Assembly: GCF_000143415.4 (NCBI RefSeq)
Contig: NW_003314328.1
Coordinates: forward strand, 1 to 64,000
Origin: Selaginella moellendorffii
Lineage: Eukaryota > Plantae > Lycopodiophyta
Direction of reading: 5' to 3'
Length of the DNA: 64,000 nt
Below are positions 28,879-41,491 of the stretch, piece by piece; positions within the stretch are counted from its first letter, which is position 1, and every line of letters begins with the position of its first letter. The notes under the pieces are model-generated. The model was not told where the DNA came from and did no database searches. It saw only the letters and a list, made by a program, of their open reading frames with translations. The position numbers were made by a program, and so were the translations under genes.

Positions 28879-30511
28879 ATGCATTTGATCTGTGGTGGTG
28901 GTGGTGGTGGTGTGTTCTTCCACAGATCTTGCGCATTGTGGCTGCTCGTAATTCTCCTCCCGCAATGTTGGGTGGCTTCTCAATACGAAGGAGAGCAAGG
29001 GATGTTCTACTCCAACAATGAACAGGGAATGTTTTATCGTGATGATGATCAATCATGGTCCGGTGGTGCATTTCAAGGAGGAGCGTTTCGAGACGATCGT
29101 GAGCGGTACTGGCGGGAGTCAAATCCAGACCCGTATCCAGATCCAAACCCCTCGCAACTTCAGCAGCCCGATCAGGTTGTGTCTCAGCAACAGATTCCGA
29201 ATCAACCTCCGCAACAGATTCCGCAGCAGGTGCAGAATCCGAACCAGTTTCCGCAGCAGGTTCAGAACCAGAACCCAAATCAGCCGCAAGTTCAGAACCA
29301 GAACCAGAATCAACAACAAGTTCAGAGCCAGAACCAGAATCAACAACAAGCTCAGAACCAGAACCAGAATCAACAACAAGCTCAGAACCAGAACCAAGTG
29401 GTCAGAGGATTTTATGACCAGAGCTGCCCATCAGCGGAATCCGTCGTCCGGAGGACCATGGTGGACAGCTTCCGGCGGAACCCGCTGCTGGCCGCCGGAA
29501 TCCTCCGGCTCTTCTTCCATGACTGCTTTGTCCGAGTAAGTTGGAGACTTTTGGAAAAGATTGATCGATCTGTAACTCGACAATGCAGGGTTGTGATGGA
29601 TCGGTGCTGCTGGATCGAAAACCCGGCGGACCCATCCCCGAAAAGGAGAGCGACGTGAACAACAACTCCATCACTGGCTTCCGGGTGATTGACGACGCCA
29701 AGAAGCGCTTGGAGCGGATGTGCCCGGGAGTCGTGTCGTGCTCGGACATCCTCGCACTGGCTGCTCGAGACGCCGTTTGGATCGTAAGTCCTGATAGAAA
29801 AGAAAACTTTCCATTTCCTTTTAGTGACACGAAATGCCTTCCGGGTTAGAGCAGAGTGGAGGACCTCGCTGGAGTGTCCCGACGGGACGTCTGGACGGGC
29901 GAGTCTCGCTGGCGACGGAAGCCGATAACGAGATTCCACCACCGGATCTCCGAATCCGGGACTTGAGAAAGGCATTTCTCGCCAAGGGCCTCAACACCCA
30001 CGACGTCGTCACCCTCTCAGGCTAGTAAAACATTTTCTCTTTAATTATACAGCGTTTGCCTAGTTTCGGCATTTGCTAAAGATTGTAAAGTTCTTTCACA
30101 GGCGCGCACACTATCGGTCGAGCACACTGCCCCGCCTTTGAGGACCGCCTCTACAACTTCTCCGCAACAAACGCGCCAGATCCCACCGTCAATCTGTCGC
30201 TGCTGGACTCGCTCCAAAAGATTTGCCCCAGGGTTGGGAATACCACCTTCACGGTGAGCCTGGATCGCCAGACCCAAGTCCTGTTTGACAACAGCTACTA
30301 CGTCCAGATCCTGGCCAGCAATGGGCTCCTCCAGACCGATCAGCAGCTCCTCTTCGACGCCTCCACCGCGGGGTTGGTGCGAGCGTACGCCGCCGATTCG
30401 TCCATGTTCTTCCGCGCCTTCGCCAAGGCCATGATCAAGCTCAGCAGGGTGGGTTTGAAAGCTCCTGGCGAGGGCGAGATCCGGAAGCACTGCCGTCGTG
30501 TAAATCCATGA
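28879..30511 (+). CDS. Class III secretory peroxidase with long Q/N/P-rich N-terminal extension
   Basis: FYDQSCP, LRLFFHDCFVRGCDGS, VSCSDILALAARD, GAHTIG, FDNSYY; 4 exons. Confidence 0.95.
29215..29400 (+). repeat. Coding tandem repeat (30-nt unit, QNQNQNQQQA/V)
   Basis: cagaaccagaatcaacaacaag(c/t)tcag units. Confidence 0.9.
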
Positions 30512-31569
30512 CCCAAAATGGCCGCTATGATAGTTGAGTACTTGACAATAAAATTATAGATGGTTAGCCTCGTCTGCGCGACCCAATCGATAGCACGAAG
30601 CTTGCATCCATGAACGCTGGACCACGAACTTTGCAACTTTTTGGTTTCCGCAGTGTCCCACTTCACAACGTGTGTTGCCATACTAATGCATGAATTCAGC
30701 TCCCTGCTGTTGGCTTCGAAACTAAAGAGGGGAGCACGCCAGCGTCCGTCATCCAGCTCTCTCACTACGTCCCGGACGTCCCTCGGGAGAAGATTATCCC
30801 GGAAGAACTCACTGTGGATCCGTTTTAATCCTTGGAGCACATTGGTCAGAGAGCCAAAGTTTTCTCTTTCGTCCATCCGCCGAAAGGTAAAGCAACCCGT
30901 CTCCGGCAAACCACGCTTGCGACAGCTGGACTTAAAGAAGTGGTAACGATTAGTGACATGGATCAAGTTTTGGCAGTCCTTCGGCCACGCGCTTCGACTG
31001 TCGTCCACGATCAAAGTGATTGATTCCTTCCCTGGAACAACATTTTCCAAGTACTTCTTGGGCTTCCCCTGGCCCTCCAATCTGGAAAAAACCCGACCCT
31101 TGAACAGCTTTCCCGTTGGATCTAGCAGCTTGGTCATGGCCATCGCATATTTATGTGATCCAGTGGTGCATATGTACAATTCGAAGATCTTACTAGCATG
31201 ATTGAGGAATTCCAGTGCAAAAGGCCGAATCTTGGTCCATTTCTTAAAACCCTTGTGAAGAAGCTTGCGTTGACCTTCACTTTGCTGAGCGTACAGAGAT
31301 TCCAAGTACTTACTTTCCTCCTTATCAACCTCGTTAAAAGCTGCCGAATTCAAGAGTGTGTGGTCGAGATCAAGCACCAAGATGAGCTTGCGCTGCTTCA
31401 AACAATCTTCTTCTTTGCTGACCAAGGAACCCATTTTCTTTCGAGATAACCTAGGGCTAGAATGCATATGTATATACTTTTCCCAAAAGGGAGTTAAGGG
31501 TGTCTGAGGAGCAAACTCTCGAAGTTCTTGACCGAGCTCTCCAACCAGGAAGGGAAATCTCTCGCTCAA
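30340..31569 (-). CDS. FCP1/CPL4-like RNA Pol II CTD phosphatase-like ORF, intronless, BRCT degenerate (possible pseudogene)
   Basis: KLILVLDLDHTLLNS (DxDxT), TKIRPFALEFL, IVDDSRSAW, ATHVV remnant. ORF runs into the antisense strand of the peroxidase. Annotated start is TTG; first ATG is downstream. Confidence 0.75.
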   Translation of the reverse strand: MSERFPFLVGELGQELREFAPQTPLTPFWEKYIHMHSSPRLSRKKMGSLVSKEEDCLKQRKLILVLDLDHTLLNSAAFNEVDKEESKYLESLYAQQSEGQRKLLHKGFKKWTKIRPFALEFLNHASKIFELYICTTGSHKYAMAMTKLLDPTGKLFKGRVFSRLEGQGKPKKYLENVVPGKESITLIVDDSRSAWPKDCQNLIHVTNRYHFFKSSCRKRGLPETGCFTFRRMDERENFGSLTNVLQGLKRIHSEFFRDNLLPRDVRDVVRELDDGRWRAPLFSFEANSRELNSCISMATHVVKWDTAETKKLQSSWSSVHGCKLRAIDWVAQTRLTIYNFIVKYSTIIAAILGHGFTRRQCFRISPSPGAFKPTLLSLIMALAKARKNMDESAAYARTNPAVEASKRSC

Positions 31570-31989
31570 TCAGCTCCAAAGTTCTTGATCACTGAGTCAC
31601 AATGAGCCCATACACAGTGCTGGAAAGATGGCAAGGATTCAAATATAATTCCTGTTTATTTTAGAAATTTAAGCAAGCGTGTTAGGGTTTTTGGGAAGAA
31701 AATTTTTGTTCACATGTATACACAACGTCGAAGGTTTGGATTGAGCACAGTGACCGCCCGGCAGCACAGTTCGAGGTCGGCGCAGATGGTTTGATCGACG
31801 TAGCTTTGCGAGGATTTCTTCCTCGATCCGAAAGATTTCAGGAGTGGCCATCCCGTGGTAAGCCAATTAGAACTCTAGATTCTTTCCTGCGGGCGGCCAC
31901 TAGGCGACTTGCAAGACCTAGAGTATTCGATCTCGACTCCTCAAGCTCTTTATGTGTTGCTGGCCTTATTCTAGAGTATACGGACGAAG

Positions 31990-32930
31990 GAAAGAGTATA
32001 GACACTCTCCGGACTGTTCAAGCTGTTGCAGTCAATTGCCAGCCATCAGGCCCTGCATATCCACCATCTTCCATCCGCCCGGGAGTTCCTGAATCGTGAG
32101 TTCTGGTGCTATCCCGCCAGTTCCCCCCATACTCCCGAGAAAACTTTACAACCCCAAACCAGCCAGTCCTCCATCTGATCGGCCGCAACAGCATCTGGAT
32201 ACTTTTCTTTAAGAGAATACGGCCAGTCAAGGCTGCTTTCTCGAGACAGTTGGTGCAAAAGCGCTTGTGTGCATCTTCACTAGTTCATCCAGAGCTTGTT
32301 GTATCGCACGAAGAAGACGCATCAACTGCGGGCACTGAAAGTAAGCTTCTATCCACAGCGTGAAATTACCTAGAGCAAACGAGCATCATGAAATTACCTA
32401 GAGCAAACAAGCAGGGTCAATGGCTGATAAATAGCCTTGTCGTGATATATAGCCCCGCCAATGCGATTGTTGGTGCCAACGAGCTCTCTGGACACCCCGT
32501 GCAGTAGTGCTGACTTACACCAGAGCTCTGTGCAGCATCGTTCGCATAATGAAAGAGGGCCTCCAAAAGTGCCTCGCCGTTGAATCCCATCTCTGGTTTC
32601 ACCATGCAGGAGTCACCGGTGTACCCTGTATTGTAGCTTTCACCTGGACATCAGGAGCACTCCTCACGCTGCAGTGATCGCGCCATCTTTTCCCGAGACA
32701 CTGCCTCGAGCTCCTGGTTATCAACGACCTTGTAGATCTTATAGTCAAGTCAACGAATGCTTCTCGGTGACATTCTCTCGTCCGATAGAACTCCTGCATG
32801 CGGTCACGAAGCTCCATGGCTGAAGCGAACAATTCTGCCTCGAAGGCCACCGCGGAGTTGAAAGTGTCGATGAAGTGTGTGCTTGCAATGAAGTGGTCAG
32901 TTGGGTGATGGTGCTGGAATAAAAAATAAT
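31990..32930 (-). pseudogene. Degenerate second REase-kinase (CRN-like) gene fragment
   Basis: Broken ORFs PDVQV..VKPEMG..EALLEALFHY and VVKFSREYG resemble the EVKxExG REase segment and the kinase N-lobe of CR effectors. Confidence 0.4.
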
Positions 32931-32974
32931 TCTGAATAGTCTATATTTTACACATTTTTCAGAAACTTACAACC

Positions 32975-35054
32975 TCACCAGTAATCCCCGCAAGAGCAGC
33001 TCCCATCGTGAAACCTGTGAAACCGATTCACGTCCCGGACAACAATCTCTCGCCCACAGACTTTGGACATCAGCTTGGTGGCGGCATGGCAGTCGGAGCA
33101 AACTCTCAAGTTCTTGATCACGCAGAGTGAGCTCCCTGGGGGTGTGGAGATGATCCCATACGCGATGGCCAGCCTCTCGCTGTGGTACCAAAGGAGCTTC
33201 TCCTTCCTGGCCTCGTCTACGTTGTGGAGCACCACCTTCGTGTCCGGGACGTATCCAAGACTCTTCATCTCGCGATTCAACCTTTCCAGCTCCGCGTAGA
33301 TGGCCTCCGACTTGGAGTGCGATCGATCCCCGCATCTAAACTCGTGGACTCTGCCGTGGACCTCGATCAAGCTCAGCCCCGTCTCCTTCTTCACGCCCCT
33401 CGACTCCATGAGCTTCCGGATCCGGGCCTTCTCCTTCCACTTCCCGGCCGCGGCGTAGATGTTTGACACCACCGCGTAGGACGTCGAGAGCTCGGGATCC
33501 AGATCCATGATCCTGGCAGCCGCGCGCTCGCCTTGCTCCTGCCGGTTATGGACCAGGCACGCGCCGAGGAAGCTCGTCCAGGCCACCACGACGCTTGGCG
33601 ATGGCGGCATGGAGGTGATGAGTTCCTCGGCCTCGTCTATCTTCCCTGCTCGTCCCAGAAGATCCACCATGCATCGAAAGTGCTCGTTCAAAGGCCGGAT
33701 CCCGTGGTCTCCACGCATCAGCAGGAAGTAGTTCCTCGCTAGCTCCAGCTTCCCCGTGTGGCCGCAAGCGAAGAGAATGCCCATGAAGGTGACGCCGTTT
33801 GGACGGATGCCCTCGAGCTCCATGTCGAGGTGGAAGTCGAGAGCTATGGCGCTATGGCCGTGCTGGGCATAGGACGCGATCATGGCGGTCCAGGTGACGA
33901 CGTTGCGTTGCTTCATGCCGTCGAAGAACTCGCGGGCCTCGACGAGCTTGCCGCATTTGCCATACATGCTGAGAAGCGCGGTGCCGACGATCACGTCCGA
34001 CTCCATCTCGGCCTCGAGGAGGTGTGCGTGGATGATCCGGCCTTGGGAGATGGCGGCGATAGCGGCACAGGCGTCGAGGACCGAGACGAAGGTGACGGCG
34101 CTTGGTCTGGTGCCTTCCAAGCACATCCTGGATCACTCGAGATCGTCAGAAAACATGATCTGAGGAGGAAGAAAAGTTTCTGAGAACGAAGAGGATCGAG
34201 GAGGAAGAAATGAAAAATGAAAGAGAACGAAGAGGATTAAGGAGAAAGAAGGAAAAGGAAACAAACCTGTGATAGAATCGCACTGCTTCCTTACAATGCC
34301 CATTGCGGGCAAATGCCGCAAGCATGGCATTCCAGGCGACCACGTCCCTCTCCTCCATCCGATCAAACAAACTCTTCGCGTCACCAATGCTTCGGCATCT
34401 CCCATACATGTTGAGCAGCGAAGTAGCGAGATTTGGCTCGCCCTTGAGCCCCGCCGCCACAACGATCGCGTGGATCTCCTTCCCCTCCGCGAGGCCCTCC
34501 AAGCACGAGCACGCCTCCATCGCCACCAAGAACCCCACGCGATTTGGGCGCTGCCCCTGCTGGATCATCCTCCGGAACACGGCGATGGCGTCGCGGCACT
34601 GGCCGCAGTGGATGCACGCCTTGATGAGGAAGTTCCACGAGAATCCCGTGTGGCAGGGCATGGAATCGAAGACGCTGCGTGCCTCGCGAAGGCTGCCACA
34701 TTTGCCGTAGGCCTCGATGAGCATGGAGAAGAGGATTCGCGAGTCGCGGAGGCGAGGGTGGGAGAGGAGGTGGGAGTGGACGCGCCGTGTCTCCGCCAGG
34801 GCCTTGCAATCGCCGCAGCGGCGGAGCACGCCCGCGTACTCGGCGAAGAGATCGTCGAAGGGATTCTCCTGGCTCTCCAGCTGCTGCATCGCCCTGTCCA
34901 GCCGCCCCAGACCCTGCAATGGATCCACGCTGCGGCTGCGATCTTGGAGGCGCAGCTGCCGCCCAAGCGCATCCATTGATAGCTCCAACTCGCCATCGCT
35001 CCTGCGGGGATGGGGACTCGCCCTGGGTTGAAATGTGGAGAGCGCCAGTGGCAT
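32975..35054 (-). CDS. PLS-class PPR protein with E/DYW deaminase domain (organellar C-to-U editing factor)
   Basis: PPR repeats, HSERLA, CSDCH, CSCGDYW*. One intron 34128-34266 restores the frame (FYHR|MCLEG). Confidence 0.95.
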
Positions 35055-38000
35055 TTCACTCAAGAGCCCTAGATTCAGATCAGCCGAAAGGTATATTCTT
35101 AAGGAAACCAACTGTTTTATTAACATAAAATGTAACTAAGTTGGATATCACCAAGGGGACTTATGATAAATAGTGAGAAAGTGTCTCTAGTAAAGGATAT
35201 GTTAAATATTTCTATATAAATTAAAAATATCTAATCTCATTAACTACAATTAAATACATTTATATGCCTTATATTAAACTTAAATATAATTTTAAAAAAG
35301 AATGAATTAATTTCAATAAAGCTTGGTATTTCTTTTTAATTTAACTTTTACATTATAAAGTATAGTTTGACAAGAATCTAATTTTAATAAATAAATTTTG
35401 TTTTAAAATAATGGGTTAAGCAGTCCAAGCCAGCCACACATGGCACAATGTCATCCATGCTAAATTTTGTAATGTGCATAGGCACCACACACAAATAATG
35501 CAACAGGTAGCCACTACTGAGTGATCTCAAAGTTCAACCATCTTTGCTAGCTTAATTTCTAGGAGGAAGCTCATAGCCAGGCTAAGGCTACAGGATGACA
35601 AGCATCCTCGTTGCCAGCTTGTAAGTTTTGTTTTTCAATTTTCTAAAGGAAAATCTCTGGTGATGTCACCTTTGAGAAGAATGCCAGGCCTCACCAGCAC
35701 AGACTTGCAAAACCTCATGAACATTTGGTCAGGAGTATCTCAAAGAAGATTTGAATCATTGCTGCCTGAGAATCATTGTGCCAGCTTGTACTCTTGGCTT
35801 TCTTTCTAGGGGCTCCAATCCATAGAGCTGTATTGCCCCCTGGCAGCCGGCTAGCCGACCCGGAGCTCCCTTTTGGCCAAAAGAGGAGAAGGAAGTCGGC
35901 TACATCATCTGTGAAGAACTATGCCTATAGCATGAGCAAACTCGACAAGTTCATGCTACGGTCACTGTGTGAGGTTTGGAAACAGATGATGCAGTGTATG
36001 GCAAGTGTGGCAACCTCGGAGAGGCACAAATACGATGGCATTGCTTGGGCTCATGGTATCCTTCCACATACAGTGGCATCGGAGCAAAGCTTTTTGGCTA
36101 ATGAGGTGTCCAAGTTGACAAATTTGCATTCACGGCCACCTATGCAATGGTGCCGACAGCAGCCTCAAGTATGGATTGCTGCTGGAGCTCATACGAAAGG
36201 TGCCAATCTCGAGTGCTACATCAATAGCTTAAAAAGTTTTGCACCGCCTTTCTCGGCCTTGGATTTCACTCGCTCTATATCATCCCCAAGGACATCCTCT
36301 TGACCCGGGCTATCATTCGAGCTTCAGCTATCCTGAGGGAAGGTACCAGCTACTCACAAGCATCACCATTGCGGAAAAAAATGCTCAAGGGGAGAGCTCT
36401 TACTGAAGCAAGGTACAAGATTCTACAGAGCGCCAGAAGCAAAATGACCCTAGCCGCCCATGCTCTCCTCTTTCGGAAGACACAAGATCTCAACTTGATG
36501 CAAACACCAGCGCTCCCAACTGATTCAGTGCTATGACCCTGCCACTCAGAGAAATTAGGGGTTGAACCGGGCTTTAAAGTTCACCTTCTTTAAACACAAG
36601 ACCAAAAAAGTAATGTTATAATCTTCAATAAAAGATTGAAAACACAGTCAATGTCGCATATAAGTAGCCATTCCAAGACGCTTCCCGTTTTCGAGCAGCT
36701 CTTCACCATACACCTCGCAACCTGACAAGCAAGTTATTCTAGTGGATGATTAAAGGCCTTTGATCTGTGGCGGGGCTCCTCCTAAGCTTCCTGACATGCT
36801 TTCTGGAAGCGCGTTCTGCTTCTTCTCTTGCAACAACTTTTTTCTCAGGATCATCCACTGGAAGTGTGGAGTCGCTTTGTGTGCCTGCAATGGGGGCCGA
36901 TCCATCTGAGTCCGAATCCAAGCACAACACATTCCTCACGTTGGCAGGAAGACCATCCGAATTTTTCTAGTGGTGGTGGTGGTGATGGTGGTGGTCGCAA
37001 TGGCAATGCTGGTGGAGGCACTTGCAAGAATTGATTATGACAATGCTTTCCAGTCATTATCGTCACAAGGCACCAAAATTGTCCGGTCCCTAAAGCCCTC
37101 TCTGAACTGCGCTCTCTAGCTCTTAAACAACCGTTAGCTTGCCTGACAAGATCCCAAGCAAGCCTACTTGAAGCGCAACCAGACGATTTGGGCATTTGTG
37201 GAATCTGGCAAAATGTTTTATTTCTAAAATATCCACGTATTTTCTAAGAGATTCCTCAGTTAACGTTTTCTCTAATTAGTTTGTAATCAATGTTTAATGC
37301 TATGTGTTGTAAATTTATTCTCCGGAGTTAGAGTTTCAGCAGCAGCGAGAATTGAGCGTGCCACATATATATCCTCATCATGGCTAGAAAAAAACAGCAA
37401 GAAAAACATTTCTAGCTTACCATATTGATCTTCTCGGAATCTGTTCTCAAGCTTCGAAACGGCGCCATGGATGGAAGAGAACTTGTCCAGCGAACTTTCC
37501 TTGCATCTGAAGTGCTTTACGTCTCGTAAAGCTCCAAGGTGGAAAAATCCAGATGGCCGTGCGACCTTTTCTGGATCAGCACCCTCTTTAAATTCTTTGC
37601 AGCTCATTTCGTCTGGGAGCTTGGTTGTAGTCCTGGAGTGCATTGCATTGCAGTGCATTCTTTTTGACGTGTCGCACAATCTCCTGACGAGCTAGCAGCT
37701 TTGATATCACCAAAAAAACCATGTGAATTTGAATGATCCTAATTGCCCGTTGCCGTATTGAATTCCAGAAATTTTGGGGTCTTTAACCTCGAGAGGATCG
37801 TCTATAAATCTAAACCACCGTGAGTAAGGATCGACTGTGATGGGATCTCCTGCGCGAAACATCCTTTTCGATCGGACTTATCCGTTGGAGGAAGAAAACA
37901 ATGCAAATTTTTTTTTCTTTCTTTTGGTAGTAATGTAAGTACCGATCAGAGCTTTGGTGATCAGTCCGGACAAGGAACTTACCTGTTTGTCCAGATCTGT

Positions 38001-40669
38001 AAGAACCATAGTATAGAAATTCCACTGTCCACAAGCCTGGAGTGATCCTTGCTCTAGCAAACATCAGCAATGATGGTGGTGATCAGATTAAGTTTGCTCC
38101 ATTCGATCCTGAGTGAGTTCATTGTTTACTCCTTTATTTTCTCAATCCCAGCAAGGCGGCATGATCATCGTTGACGACAGCAGCAGCAGCGAGAGAGATC
38201 GAAGATCAATCGACGAAACAGGAGCACTTTTCTAGTGGAAAAGAAAAGCAATGTACTAACAAAGAATGGTGGTGAGACAGCGATCACAGCCATGATTTCG
38301 TAAGTATAACAAGTCCAAAGAGATTGATAACTCCTGGGATGGAAAAACCCAGTCACTGTCCAACAGCGCGAGCATCGCTCACTCCTACAAGAAAGCCAGG
38401 CCGAGAGGAAGGAAGAGGATGAATCTAAAGTTTCAAAGTCTTCCATGGCTAGCTCTGTGCTCTTACAGCAGCAAAAGGGGGGCCATCAATCAGCACGGAA
38501 TTCAAGCTGACCAAGCCCAGGCTCAGCTGGACGAAAAGAAAGCTCGGCTCGCAAAAAAAAGCAAGACAAAAAAGCGGGGAACAAACAAAGGAAACGAGAC
38601 GACGCGTGCGATTCTTTTGTTGGTTCCCGGCTCTAAGTTTTTTCTAGTAGCTCCACAGATCCTACAGAGCTACAACAAGCTCGAGCTCGTCCACACGACC
38701 TGCTCCATTGGAGTTTGCAAAAAAATCTTCCTCACAGCTTGCAAGGATCGGCGAGCCACGTACCAAAGCCCCCGCGAGAGATGAGATTGAGAGCGCCATT
38801 AAACAAAGCTTTCCCCCTGTCTTCCAAGTGCTGGACCAAAGTCTACTTTGGCATGGACGGGACCATCTCCATCCCTCTCTCGGGACTTTCCAAGTGGTCC
38901 ACTTGATCGCAGACGAAACGAACACCGAGAGAGAGCGAGAAGGGATCAAGCACGACAGGTTTTCCTTCGAGAGAGAAAAAGATGGCGGCCGTGGAAAATT
39001 GGTGGGCTTTGGAGGCTTTGCGTGTGGATTGATGAATCGAGCTCGGTGGAGCAGTACCTAGTACACGATCAATCCAACAACAAAAAGAGCGAAGGAAACT
39101 TTGGAGCGAGCGGGCTTAATAGTTCCTGGAAAACTTTGGTCTCCGGATTCTAGAAGCGCAGAAACTTTGGTCTGGAAAAACTAGGTGTCGCACCTAACTA
39201 GCTGACACAAACCGTGAGTGAGGCTTTCTAGCTGTCTTCCTCCCAACACAAAGAGAACAGTGGAACTAGAGCACCGTACCATTGCTTGCTCTTTTGGGCC
39301 ATTGCACGGCAGTGTGTGGTTTGTGTGTGTTTTTGTAGAGGATTGACTCATAGCTAGGCCAGTTAGAGATCAAAGTTCCCATGGTTCCGTGGTGCCGATC
39401 CAATCATTTTTTTTTTTTTTTGGTGTGTGCTGTGCGCATGAAAATACCACCTTTGACAAGAACACCCAACTGACCCGTGGACGATTCGCGCGCTAGCTAC
39501 GTCTAGAAAAAGACTCGTCCACAGTAGAGAGCTCGTGGGAGACGAGCAAAGTTTCGTCGTCAATCGCCCAACAAGGAGGGGCCAGCCGCGCAAGAAATCC
39601 AGGACGGCGCGAAAGAGACCACCTGAGGGAGAGAGAGATTGGAACAGCACAACTTCATCCGGATATCAAAAGTCCAAACCTCCTTTTTCCTTGGCGAGAT
39701 TTATATCTGCTATGTGTCGACGATCAAGTGACCGATCGATCGTTCTCTTCTCATTGAGCAGTGGTAGCTTGATTACAAACCTCGTCTTTCTTCTAGCAAT
39801 GCACACGTTATTCCTCACCTCCGAGAGAAGAGGATCCGATCAATCACTAAAACTCTGTACAAGACCCGTACAGAAAGAAAAAGAGAAGGAAAAGAAGGAA
39901 ACACTGAGCTAGAAGAGACTAAGCACAATGGAAAAGATGGACCAGCTCTTCGATCGAGCGAGCGAGCGAGCGAGCCAGCATGCGTGCGTGCGAGGGATCA
40001 AAACTTTGGAAAGAGAGAACTCACTTCACTTCACTCACACAAAGCGTGGATTGATGGGAGGAGCCAGCGATGGATGGATGGGTGATCCACTTCCTATCTT
40101 TCTCATCAAAACTTCCCTTTCTTTTCTAGCCATTTTTTTTTTCCTCCTCTCCTCTTTCCTCTTTCTCTCTCCTTGCAGCAGTGAACAGCGGCCAGTGCGG
40201 GGCGCGAGGAGCAGCAGCAGAGCAGCAGCGTGCAGTGCGGTGTGAAGTTGCCGTCCAATCCAATCCAATCCAGAGAGCTCTAAACCAGAAATTTAGATAA
40301 GCTCGCTCATACCTCTCGCGAACAAGTGCCAATGGATCCAATCCAATCCATCTCTTTCCCTGTACAGCAGCTATGGCGGAGGAGAAGAGAAGAGCTCCAA
40401 TGGTGGCGGCGATAGGAGTAAAAAAACAACCCCTCCCCTTCTTCCCAGTCAGACCATTTTGGATTCATTCCCGTCTAAGTGGTGGTGGTGGTGGTGGTGG
40501 TGGTGGTGTTGGCGACGATAATGCTGGTGGAGTAGTCTCATCGTAGATCCATGGAGGACGAAACGAAGAACAAGGAAGAGTAAAAGAGAGGGGAGAGAGA
40601 GAGAGAGAGGGAGAAGAGTGCTCGGTCGCTCGCTCGTTCTCTCGATCGCCACCGCCAGCCAGCCAGCCG

Positions 40670-41491
40670 CTACTCTTGCCTCAACTGCGCACGAACGCTC
40701 GCAATTAGAGACTCCACCCTCTGCGTGAGATCGTCCGGGACCTCCCTGGAATCCCCAAACCCCAGATCCTTGATCACCACTCCACTCTTGTCCGACCGCG
40801 TCCTCACGACCTTCTTCTTCCTCGTCGCCCCTGTCCCCGCCGAGGACGATTTCTTGAGCTTCTCGCGGTGCGCGACTAGGAAGCTCGGCAGAGGTGGTGG
40901 AAGGATTCCAATGGGCGACGGCGCTGGCGCTGGAGGTGGCGGCGCTGCTCCACCGGGGGCAGCTACTTCATCGTCTCCTCCTTTCTCCTCCAGCGCGGCC
41001 GCTGGAGGGGACTCGCGCACTGGCTCTGGATCGAAGATCTCCTTCACGGAGGATGGAGGGGGCATTATCCGCGAGAACACCGAGATCTGTGGATCCGGCT
41101 TGCCAACCGAGACTGGCGGGAGGAAGACGAGCGTCTGGGTGGTCTCGAGCTTGCGCTTGGTTGGCGGAGGAGGAGCGGCGGTGGTGACGGCGAGGAGATC
41201 TCCCGCTCCTCCGGCTAGCGCTCCTCCTCCTCCTCCTCCCTCCGCCAGGCCCCCAGACGAGGTCGCCCAGATGGAGAGGATGACGAAATTGACGAGCACG
41301 AAGAGCACGGGAGTGGTGAGCCACGCCACCACCAGGCGCCACGCCTCGGTCGCGAAACCAACCTCGAGAGATCTCAGCAGCGGGGGCGTGAATGTGATGA
41401 TCCAGGGCAGCAGCGCCGTGAGGAGCGTGAATGTGGCCACGGCCGCGGGCTTGGAGGCCATCCTCTTGACGGCCGCATCGATCTTCTCCAT
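40670..41491 (-). CDS. DUF4408/DUF761 (cotton-fibre-expressed-like) protein
   Basis: WLTTPVLFVLVNFVILSIWATSS (DUF4408) and C-terminal DDLTQRVESLIASVRAQLRQE (DUF761). Confidence 0.85.
   Translation of the reverse strand: MEKIDAAVKRMASKPAAVATFTLLTALLPWIITFTPPLLRSLEVGFATEAWRLVVAWLTTPVLFVLVNFVILSIWATSSGGLAEGGGGGGALAGGAGDLLAVTTAAPPPPTKRKLETTQTLVFLPPVSVGKPDPQISVFSRIMPPPSSVKEIFDPEPVRESPPAAALEEKGGDDEVAAPGGAAPPPPAPAPSPIGILPPPLPSFLVAHREKLKKSSSAGTGATRKKKVVRTRSDKSGVVIKDLGFGDSREVPDDLTQRVESLIASVRAQLRQE

Noticed and set aside
29215-29400. Regular ~30-nt repeats as a CRISPR-like array
   Set aside because: No unique spacers, in-frame coding repeat, eukaryotic context
40240-40400. TTGGA/GAGCTC motifs suggesting miR159/319
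   Set aside because: No match to the mature miRNA and no convincing hairpin; simple CCAAT repeats
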